Source of the DNA: Candidatus Eiseniibacteriota bacterium
GTDB taxonomy: Bacteria; Eisenbacteria; RBG-16-71-46
Length of the DNA stretch: 13,489 bases
Direction: 5' to 3'
NCBI GenBank assembly: GCA_031366795.1
Contig: JANLOX010000403.1
Coordinates: forward strand, 1 to 13,489
The translations under genes were made by a program, and so were the position numbers. Of this stretch, positions 6,901-13,489 are shown in pieces; position 1 is the first letter of the stretch; each line of letters starts with the position of its first letter. The notes beneath the pieces are model-generated. The model ran no database searches. It was not told where the DNA came from and saw only the letters and a list, made by a program, of their open reading frames with translations.

Positions 6901-9900
6901 GCTGCATATCACTTCACTCGCCGTGGCATCGCCGTTCATCGCGGCTTGGCTGGCTTCGCCGCTCGTGGCGTGGTGGTTGAGCCGGCCCGTCGTCCCATTG
7001 CGCCAGATCCTGAGCGAAGCGGACGCGCAGCGACTGCGACGCACTGCCCGCAAGACGTGGCGCTATTTCGAGCGCTTCGTCACGCCTGAGGAGCATGCGC
7101 TGCCGCCTGACAACGTTCAGGAGATGCCGGAACTCCGCATCGCGCGCCGCACCTCGCCGACGAACATCGGCATGGGGCTGCTCTCGACGCTCGCGGCGCA
7201 CGACTTCGGCTACCTCGACACGCCCTCGCTGGCCGGTCGCATCGGCGCCACGCTCGCCACGGTCGAACAACTCGAGCGGTACGAGGGCCATCTGCTCAAC
7301 TGGTACGACACGGGGACCACGGCGCCACTCATGCCGCGCTACGTCTCGACCGTCGACAGCGGCAACCTCGCGGGCTCGCTGATGGCGCTGGCCGCCGGCC
7401 TGCTCGAGCTGGCGCACCGCTGCGAGGGGGACGGCCTGCCCGGGGACGAAGGCGAGCGGCGTTGCGCCGGTGCGATCGACACTGCGGGGGTGCTTGGCGA
7501 CTCGCTCGAAGCGGTTGCTCACGCTGCACATGCCGCGGCATCCCTGCTTGCGCGCTGCGCGGTGGCGCGCCGCGAGCTGGGCCTGCTCCGAGCCGCACTC
7601 GCGGGCTCCGGCGCCGCGGCGGAACGACTCGAGGCGGCGGCCCGTCTCGCCCCCACTGTGCGGTCCACGCTCGAACAGGTAGCGATGGCCGCCCCGGCTG
7701 GAAGTGACTCCAGTGAACTCGCGGAGTGGGGGAGACTGCTGCATGAAGCGCTCACGTCGCCCCCGGCGACCGGGCTCGCTCCGGGCGCGCTGCGTGCGGA
7801 ACTGCACGCGCTCGCCCTGCGGGCCGGCGCGCTCGCCGACGGTATGAAGTGGACGTTCCTCTACGACCGCACGCGCGGTCTGTTCTCGATCGGGTACCGG
7901 CTCACCGACGCGGAAGAGCCCGGCCGTCTCGACCCCTCGTACTACGACCTCTTGGCTTCCGAGGCGCGGCTCGCCAGCTTCATCGCCATCGCGCGCGGCG
8001 AAGTGCCGCAGGAGCATTGGTTCCGCCTGTCCCGCGCGCTGGTCAGCGTCGAGGGCTGCACAGCCCTCGTCTCATGGAGCGGCTCGATGTTTGAGTACCT
8101 GATGCCGTTGCTGCTGCTGCGCAGCCATCCCGAGACGTTGCTCGAGAGCACCTGCACCGCCGTGGTCCGCGCGCAGATTCTCTATGGGCAGCGCCACCGC
8201 GTGCCGTGGGGCATCTCGGAGTGCGCGTACGATGTGTGCGACCCGCACGGCAACTACCAGTACAAGGCATTTGGGGTGCCCGGTCTGGGACTCAAGCGCG
8301 GACTCGCCGAGGACCTCGTCGTGGCACCCTATGCCACCGCTCTCGCGGCGCTGGTTGATCCTGCGGCGGCTGCGGCGAACCTGCGCCGCCTCGCGCGGGA
8401 GGGAGCCACGGGAGCCTTCGGCTTCATCGAGTCGCTCGATTACACGCCGCGCAAGCAGCCGCAGCTCGAGGCCGAAGCCATGCGTGAAGCGGCGCGCCTT
8501 CATCCCGTGCGCGCCACCTTCGCGCACCACCAGGGCATGAGCCTGCTGGCGTTCGCGAATGCGCTGCTCGGCGCCCCCATGGTGCGGCGCTTCCATGCGG
8601 ATCCGCGCGTGCAAGCCACCGAGCCGCTACTGCAGGAACGTGTCCCGCGCTATGTCCCGGTGATCCGCCCGCGCCCACCCGAAACCACACGCGTGGAGCC
8701 ACTCGTACCGGCTGTTTCCCCAAGGCGTTATCGCTCGCCGCATACGCATTACCCGAACGCTCATTTCCTCTCGAATGGGCAGTACACCACGGTGGTGACC
8801 AATGCCGGTGGCGGCGCCAGCAGTTGGCGCGGCTACGCGGTCACGCGGCAGCGCGACGATCCCACCTGTGACCCGGGCAGCCAATTCGTCTACCTGCGGG
8901 ACGTGCGCAGCGGCCTGTTGTGGTCGGCGGCCCACCAACCCGTGTGCCGCGAACCGGACCGCTACGAGGTCACATTCTGCTCGGACGACGTGCTGTTCGA
9001 ACGCTCCGATGACGGCATCACGACGCGCCAGGAAATTAGCGTGTCACCCGAGGACGATGTCGAGGTGCGCCGCATCACGCTGACCAACCACAGCGACCGC
9101 CTGCGCGAAATCGAGGTGACCAGCCTGCTCGAACTCGTGCTGGCGCCGCCGGCGGACGATGTCTCGCATCCCGCATTCCAGAAATTGTTCCTCGAGACAG
9201 AGTACCATCCCGAGTTGACCGCGCTGCTGTGCGGCCGCCGTCCGCGCTCACCCGATGAACTGGCGCCGTGGGCCGTGCACGTGCTGAGCGCCGAACGCGG
9301 CGTCCATGGCGCGATCGAGTGGGAGACCGACCGCGCGCGCTTCGTCGGCCGCGGCCGCACGCCGGAGAATCCGGTCGCCCTCGATGGCCGCGCGTTGTCG
9401 GGCACCACCGGCGCCGTGCTCGATCCCGTGCTGAGCCTGCGCGCGCGCGTGCGCATAGCGCCCGGCGGCAGGGTGCGACTCGCCTTCGCGACCGGCATCG
9501 CCACGACGCGCGCCGCGGCGATCGCGCTCGCCGAGAAGTACGATGATTCGACCTCCGCAGCGCGTGCCTTCGCGCTGGCGACGACCCAGACGCAGCTGCG
9601 CCTGCAGCACTTGGGCATCTCCCTGGATGAGGCCCAGCTCTACGAGCGGCTCGCATCGCTGGTATTGTGGACCGATGCCTCGCTGCGCGCGGAGTCGGCG
9701 ATGATGGCCCAGAACACGCTCGGGCAATCGGGACTGTGGGCTCATGGCATCTCCGGCGACCTGCCGATCCTCGTCGTACGCATCGTCGAGGACACCGACC
9801 TGGGGCTCGTGCGCCAGGCGCTCAGGGCGCAGGAATACTGGCGGCTTAAAGGTCTGCGCGCCGACATCGTCATCCTGAACGAGCACCCGGCCACCTATCT

Positions 9901-12592
9901 CGACGCGATGCACGAGCAACTTCAGGCCGTGTTGGACAAGGGCACATGGGCCGCGTGGAAGCACCGGCCCGGCGGGGCCTTCCTGCTGCGCGCGGACCAC
10001 ATGGCGGATGCCGATCGCGTCCTGTTGCTGGCGGCGGCTCATGCCGTGCTCGGGGGTGAGCGCGGTGAACTGGCGGACCAGCTCGCGTTGCCCTCGGTCG
10101 AACCGCGTTGGCCGGCAGCATTGCATCCACTCGCCACACCCACGCCACGAACGGGGGGGACACCCATCGAGGTGGCGCCACCACCGCTCAGCCATGAGAA
10201 CGGCCATGGCGGTTTCACCGCCGGCGGACGCGAGTACGCCGTCGTGCTGCAGGGTGACGCCGACACCCCGATGCCGTGGGTCAACGTGATCGCGAACGAG
10301 CGCTTCGGCACCGTTGTGGGTGCTACGGGCGCTGCGTGGACGTGGTCGGGCAACAGCCGCGAGAACCGGCTGACACCGTTCGCGAACGATCCCGTTAGCG
10401 AATTCAGCGGGGAAGCGCTGTACCTGCGCGATGAAGACCAACAGGTCGTGTGGGGCGCCACACCGGGCCCGCTGCAACGCAAGCCCGACAGCGGGCGTTG
10501 GGTCACCCGACACGGCGCCGGCTTCACCAGTTATGCGCACGCGGAACGCGGCATCACCTGCGAGGTCACGGTATTCGTGCACGCCGAAGAACCGCTCAAG
10601 TTCACGCGCGTGCGGTTGACCAACCATGGCGCCGTTTCCCGGCGGCTCAGCGTATTCGCCTACAACGAGTGGGCGCTGTGCCCGCCACGCGCCGGCGAAC
10701 ACCGCTTCGTCGTGACGCAACAGCACGAACCCAGCGGCGCCATCATCGCGCGCAATCCCTATAACTCGGACTTTGCGGGGCTGGTCGCCTTTGCGCACTC
10801 CAGCCTGCCGCCCGCCTCAGCCACTGGGGACCGCCACGAATTCCTCGGCCGCAACGGCTCCCTGCGGCGCCCCGCAGCACTCGGCCGCATCGCGCTGTCG
10901 CAGCGTTTCGGCGCAGGGCTCGATCCCTGCGCCGCCATGCAGATACGCGTCGATCTCGAACCGAGAGAGACGCACGAATTCGTGCTGCTGCTTGGGAGCG
11001 GCCCGTCGGAAGCGGAGGCGCTGGCCTTGGTGAGCCGCTTCGGCAACACGGTCGCGGCGCAGGACGCGCTCGAGCAGGCGACCGCGAAGTGGGACACCAT
11101 TCTCGACACGGTGCAGGTGAAGACGCCCGACGACTCCTTCGACCTGATCATGAACCGCTGGCTGCTTTACCAGTCGCTCAGTTCAAGAGTCTGGGGACGC
11201 ACGGGTTTCTACCAGCCGGGCGGAGCCTATGGGTTCCGCGACCAACTGCAGGATGTGATGGCGCTGGGACTGGCGCGGCCGCAGTTGTACCGCGAGCACA
11301 TCCTGCGTTGCGCCAGCCGCCAGTTCGTCGAGGGCGATGTGCAGCACTGGTGGCACGCCCACACGGGGCGAGGCGTGCGCACGCGCTGCTCCGACGATCT
11401 GCTGTGGCTGCCGTTCGTCGTGGCGCACTATCTCGACTCAAGCGGCGATACGTCGGTACTCGGTGAGCCCGTGGCGTTCCTCGAAGCGCCGGTGCTCGCC
11501 CCCGGGGAGTTGGAGGCGTACGGGCAGCCGCAGGTCTCCGCCCAGCAGGCCACCCTCTACGAACATTGCGTCAGGGCCATCGAACACGGCCTGACCATCG
11601 GCCGCCATGGGTTGCCGCTGATCGGCACCTGCGACTGGAACGATGGCATGAATCGCGTGGGCCAAGGGGGCCGCGGTGAAAGCGTGTGGCTGGGCTGGTT
11701 CCTCGCCAAGATCCTGGGTGACTTCGCGGCCCACGTGGAAGCGCGCGGCGACACCGATCGCGCCACGCGCTGGCGCGCGGAGCGGGACCGCCTGGGCGCC
11801 ATGCTCGAGCAGGCCTGGGATGGCGCGTGGTACCGGCGCGCCTATTTCGACGACGGCACACCCTTGGGCTCGGCGCAGCTCGCGGAGTGCCGCATCGACG
11901 CCATCTCCCAGAGCTGGGCCGTGCTCTCCGGGGTCGCACCGGCGCGGCGCGCCGAGCGCGCCATGGATGCCGTGCGCATGCAGCTGGTGCGTCGCGATGC
12001 CGGTGTCATCCAATTGCTGGCGCCGCCGTTCGACCAGTCGAGCCTCGATCCCGGCTACATCAAGGGCTATGTGCCCGGTGTTCGGGAGAACGGCGGCCAG
12101 TACACGCACGCGGCATTGTGGACTGTCATGGCCATCGCCCAACTCGGCAGCGGGGATGAGGCGGTCGAGTTATTCCACATGCTCAACCCGATCAATCACA
12201 CGCGCACGCCTGCTGACGTCGACCGATACAAGGCCGAGCCCTATGTGGTGGCGGCCGATGTGTACACGCACGCGGCGCACATCGGCCGCGGCGGTTGGAC
12301 CTGGTACACGGGCTCGGCGGCGTGGATGCATCGCGTCGGGCTCGAGTCCATCCTCGGGCTGACGCGACACGGCGAGACCTTCGCCGTGACGCCGTGCATC
12401 CCTGGATCGTGGCCCGGATTCTCGCTGCGCTGGCGCTGCGGGACCACCCGCTACGCCATTGAGGTGCTGAATCCCGGGCACGCCAACCGCGGTGTGGTCT
12501 CGGCGACGCTCGACGGCGTGGCGGTCAACGCCAGGGCGATTCCGCTCAAGCTTGATGGCGCGGAGCACAAAGTCCTCGTGGTGATGGGGTAA
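3998..12592 (+). CDS. ndvB: Cyclic beta-1,2-glucan synthase (NdvB/ChvB/Cgs): GT84 synthase, TM region, glucoamylase-like transglycosylase/cyclisation domain, two GH94 beta-sandwich domains and GH94 phosphorylase catalytic domain
   Basis: Uninterrupted ORF. ATG 3998 is preceded by GGAAAGAGG, giving 2864 aa (the track starts at 3947). Motifs: GWERKRGK (5756-5779), TLDSDT (5879-5896), [21 protein letters not shown] (6320-6352), [29 protein letters not shown] (~8072-8107), WGISE (8207), [19 protein letters not shown]94 motifs: GFRDQLQD (11231), DWNDG (11633), ENGGQYTH (12086), WYTGSA. Confidence 0.95.
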   Translation: MNDERIAAANTAAPPREGRARLIGLHSSALHGELLGVERLEERARALAAGYTLARHSHRGPVRVQRRLVDDARALRHAYRALAADVRGGRATTPAAEWLLDNFHLVEGEVREIRHHLPSRYYQELPKLATRELAGTARVYAMAVELLRFSDARLDAQRLNRFVTAFQSVAPLSIGELWAWPSMLKLALVEHLRRLADELLESRAGRLLADHYFAQFEGAPSDSRPPPLPEVIDVAFVDQLLQRMREYGAGAAAIRRQLEDRIAAAGATVEEAVRAEHQRLAMNHLSMGNSITSLRLCSSLEWNDYVEGVSQIELILRRDPSGVYSRMDFTSRDRYRRAVEEISEPTGEAQVRSALRAIESARQAAEQHGVEALAAHVGMHLLGSGRRELENDVAYHPPFAQRLRRMMLARATFFYLGSIACLSGSGVAAAVAVVRAAGGPQAMEWWAAVLALVPASELALAIVNRVAHRMVRPSSLPRLDLRRGVPEPARTMVIVPTMISSVDGARALADHLEVQALANTDPCVHFALLTDFPDATEASLPGEDEILAAAVAGIEALNERYAPDRHDRFYLMHRSRRWNASEGVWMGWERKRGKIEEFNRLLRGAPDTSFTTQVGEPSLLQHIRYCITLDSDTRLPRDAARRLIGVIEHPLNRPRFDAAVGRVVAGYGILQPRVSVTMASAAGSLFARAYSGHTGVDPYSTAVSDSYQDLFAEGIFVGKGLYDVDAFSAALEGRVRENAMLSHDLFEGLFARCALVSDVELVDDFPSSVIAHTRRQHRWVRGDWQILLHILPILVTRRGIVASHLPLISRWKIFDNLRRSLLAPALLLMLASAWTWLPGSALGWTLAILAVVAFPLLPPLMHLIGGPRPQQPGSVFLHDVWSELETAGAQVSLQITLLPYHAFEMVHAIALTLVRMVITQRRLLEWETAATTAARAAGLLARQGPRVFAAEMWAGPAAGLLVLFGLLPLHITSLAVASPFIAAWLASPLVAWWLSRPVVPLRQILSEADAQRLRRTARKTWRYFERFVTPEEHALPPDNVQEMPELRIARRTSPTNIGMGLLSTLAAHDFGYLDTPSLAGRIGATLATVEQLERYEGHLLNWYDTGTTAPLMPRYVSTVDSGNLAGSLMALAAGLLELAHRCEGDGLPGDEGERRCAGAIDTAGVLGDSLEAVAHAAHAAASLLARCAVARRELGLLRAALAGSGAAAERLEAAARLAPTVRSTLEQVAMAAPAGSDSSELAEWGRLLHEALTSPPATGLAPGALRAELHALALRAGALADGMKWTFLYDRTRGLFSIGYRLTDAEEPGRLDPSYYDLLASEARLASFIAIARGEVPQEHWFRLSRALVSVEGCTALVSWSGSMFEYLMPLLLLRSHPETLLESTCTAVVRAQILYGQRHRVPWGISECAYDVCDPHGNYQYKAFGVPGLGLKRGLAEDLVVAPYATALAALVDPAAAAANLRRLAREGATGAFGFIESLDYTPRKQPQLEAEAMREAARLHPVRATFAHHQGMSLLAFANALLGAPMVRRFHADPRVQATEPLLQERVPRYVPVIRPRPPETTRVEPLVPAVSPRRYRSPHTHYPNAHFLSNGQYTTVVTNAGGGASSWRGYAVTRQRDDPTCDPGSQFVYLRDVRSGLLWSAAHQPVCREPDRYEVTFCSDDVLFERSDDGITTRQEISVSPEDDVEVRRITLTNHSDRLREIEVTSLLELVLAPPADDVSHPAFQKLFLETEYHPELTALLCGRRPRSPDELAPWAVHVLSAERGVHGAIEWETDRARFVGRGRTPENPVALDGRALSGTTGAVLDPVLSLRARVRIAPGGRVRLAFATGIATTRAAAIALAEKYDDSTSAARAFALATTQTQLRLQHLGISLDEAQLYERLASLVLWTDASLRAESAMMAQNTLGQSGLWAHGISGDLPILVVRIVEDTDLGLVRQALRAQEYWRLKGLRADIVILNEHPATYLDAMHEQLQAVLDKGTWAAWKHRPGGAFLLRADHMADADRVLLLAAAHAVLGGERGELADQLALPSVEPRWPAALHPLATPTPRTGGTPIEVAPPPLSHENGHGGFTAGGREYAVVLQGDADTPMPWVNVIANERFGTVVGATGAAWTWSGNSRENRLTPFANDPVSEFSGEALYLRDEDQQVVWGATPGPLQRKPDSGRWVTRHGAGFTSYAHAERGITCEVTVFVHAEEPLKFTRVRLTNHGAVSRRLSVFAYNEWALCPPRAGEHRFVVTQQHEPSGAIIARNPYNSDFAGLVAFAHSSLPPASATGDRHEFLGRNGSLRRPAALGRIALSQRFGAGLDPCAAMQIRVDLEPRETHEFVLLLGSGPSEAEALALVSRFGNTVAAQDALEQATAKWDTILDTVQVKTPDDSFDLIMNRWLLYQSLSSRVWGRTGFYQPGGAYGFRDQLQDVMALGLARPQLYREHILRCASRQFVEGDVQHWWHAHTGRGVRTRCSDDLLWLPFVVAHYLDSSGDTSVLGEPVAFLEAPVLAPGELEAYGQPQVSAQQATLYEHCVRAIEHGLTIGRHGLPLIGTCDWNDGMNRVGQGGRGESVWLGWFLAKILGDFAAHVEARGDTDRATRWRAERDRLGAMLEQAWDGAWYRRAYFDDGTPLGSAQLAECRIDAISQSWAVLSGVAPARRAERAMDAVRMQLVRRDAGVIQLLAPPFDQSSLDPGYIKGYVPGVRENGGQYTHAALWTVMAIAQLGSGDEAVELFHMLNPINHTRTPADVDRYKAEPYVVAADVYTHAAHIGRGGWTWYTGSAAWMHRVGLESILGLTRHGETFAVTPCIPGSWPGFSLRWRCGTTRYAIEVLNPGHANRGVVSATLDGVAVNARAIPLKLDGAEHKVLVVMG

Positions 12593-12766
12593 CGTTGGGA
12601 GTTTCCCGAAAAATATTGCAGGTCATATCCATGATTTCATTGGCATTTAGAGACATTCGTTCACCCCGAGGCGCGCCTCACGTCGAATTGACTATCTTTC
12701 CTGACCCGAACACGGGACACTGCGCTCGTCTTGGGTTGCGTGTGGATGTGATGTCGACGTTCAGAT

Positions 12767-12795
12767 CCGCCGGGGACTTTTCCGGCGGTTTTTTT
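12767..12795 (+). terminator. Intrinsic (rho-independent) terminator between cgs and csp
   Basis: CCGCCGG(GG)-ACTT-(TT)CCGGCGG GC-rich stem, immediately followed by a T7 tract (12789-12795). Confidence 0.85.
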
Positions 12796-12903
12796 GTGGG
12801 TCTTCTCACTTCAGCACCAATCGAAGCAAAGGTCATTCTGACCGGACGCGGCCGCGGCGTGTAAACGTGGCAAGTGCGGGTCCTTAACGGACCCAAGTAC
12901 AAC

Positions 12904-12908
12904 AGGAG
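12904..12908 (+). promoter_or_regulatory. Shine-Dalgarno of csp
   Basis: AGGAG 6 nt upstream of the GTG start at 12915. Confidence 0.8.
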
Positions 12909-12914
12909 TTCCAA

Positions 12915-13115
12915 GTGGCTACAGGCACCGTGAAGTGGTTCAACGAGGCAAAGGGCTTTGGCTTCATCTCCCAGACGGATGGCGAGGATGTGTTCGTGCA
13001 TTTTTCGGCCATCACCGGCGACGGCTTCAAGACGCTGGCAGAGGGTGAAGCGCTCGAGTTCGACGTGACGCGTGGCCCGAAGGGCCTGCAGGCGGCGAAC
13101 GTTCGCAAGGCTTAG
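12915..13115 (+). CDS. csp: Cold-shock protein (CspA family RNA chaperone)
   Basis: 66 aa, [18 protein letters not shown]...[10 protein letters not shown]...[23 protein letters not shown], with RNP1 (KGFGFI) and RNP2 (VFVHF). Good SD. The exact paralog cannot be assigned. Confidence 0.98.
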   Translation: MATGTVKWFNEAKGFGFISQTDGEDVFVHFSAITGDGFKTLAEGEALEFDVTRGPKGLQAANVRKA

Positions 13116-13140
13116 TACCCTCGGGTACCACCTCGCACGT

Positions 13141-13170
13141 AGGGGCGGCGTTCGCAAGAACGCCGCCCCT
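13141..13170 (+). terminator. Stable hairpin downstream of csp (probable terminator or 3' stabiliser)
   Basis: Perfect 13-bp stem AGGGGCGGCGTTC-GCAA-GAACGCCGCCCCT with a GNRA tetraloop, 25 nt after the csp stop. No canonical U-tract follows. Confidence 0.7.
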
Positions 13171-13345
13171 CGGCGTATCTGGCGGATCGGGTGTGAGGTC
13201 GCCAGGGGATTACAAGACCGCACCCGTGGCATGAATGGTGCGGTGCTTCCTCGCGGAGCGGAGGACGCCGGTCCGATGCGCGAGCCGCACGATCCCCGAG
13301 GATGGAGGCCCAAGTGCCGCACGCCCGCAAGCAGTCCCGCACCGG

Positions 13346-13489
13346 ATGACGCCACGCATCGCGCCTGCACGCGGCGGCCGCGCCGTGATCCCGCGGCTCG
13401 ACGTCTTCATCGTGCTGAGCCCAAAGGCCGCACGAACCGAGTCGACGCAATCGGGGGCACTGTTGCGCGAAGCGACAGCAGCGCGCGGC
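13346..13489 (+). CDS. Probable N-terminus of a diacylglycerol/lipid kinase family (YegS/DgkB-like) protein; runs off the window
   Basis: Open frame to the window end: MTPRIAPARGGRAVIPRLDVFIVLSPKAARTESTQSGALLREATAARG. VFIVLSPKAAR followed by a predicted helix ending in ARG resembles the DAGK N-terminal pattern 'hhhhNPxAG....helix..G', with N->S and G->A changes. Only 48 codons are visible. Alternative start GTG 13385. Confidence 0.35.
   Translation, partial: MTPRIAPARGGRAVIPRLDVFIVLSPKAARTESTQSGALLREATAARG

Noticed and set aside
9248..10798. 516-aa minus-strand ORF
   Set aside because: Antisense shadow of the cgs GH94 region with no protein-family features.
8750..11050. Internal similarity between two parts of cgs as a possible recent duplication
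   Set aside because: Tandem GH94 beta-sandwich domains are the normal architecture of Cgs/NdvB, and no nucleotide-level repeat is evident.
12595..12864. 89-aa ORF in the cgs-csp spacer, and the 230-aa antisense ORF 12678-13370
   Set aside because: The first runs through the terminator and has no SD or motifs. The second is the antisense shadow of csp.
1..13489. CRISPR arrays, IS/transposase, integrase, tRNA/rRNA
   Set aside because: No regularly spaced repeats, terminal inverted repeats, recombinase motifs or structural RNA gene signatures were seen by eye.

Overview
GC-rich bacterial window, possibly from an FCB-superphylum lineage (inferred only from a FlgD-Ig-like C-terminal domain remnant). 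From left to right it contains: (1) the 5' end of a REC-less CheB-methylesterase gene on the minus strand, probably a CheB/CheR fusion, which runs off the left edge and is absent from the ORF track; (2) a decayed secreted PQQ-dependent glucose/sorbosone-dehydrogenase-like gene with a FlgD-Ig-type tail, broken by three -1 frameshifts and apparently two in-frame deletions; (3) a P1B-type heavy-metal ATPase with the P1B-5 signature (TPCP + QExxD) but no hemerythrin or N-terminal metal-binding domain; (4) a convergent ~138-aa ECF-sigma-like protein with region 2 only and a degenerate DAED motif, divergent from (5) an intact ~2864-aa cyclic beta-1,2-glucan synthase (NdvB/Cgs: GT84 + transglycosylase + GH94); (6) a structured, terminator-containing intergenic region; (7) a cold-shock protein with a downstream GNRA hairpin; and (8) the probable start of a diacylglycerol-kinase-family gene, coupled to an 11-codon upstream ORF. 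The most unusual elements are the sigma2-only protein facing cgs and the terminator-bearing region upstream of csp. No CRISPR array, IS element, tRNA or rRNA was seen.
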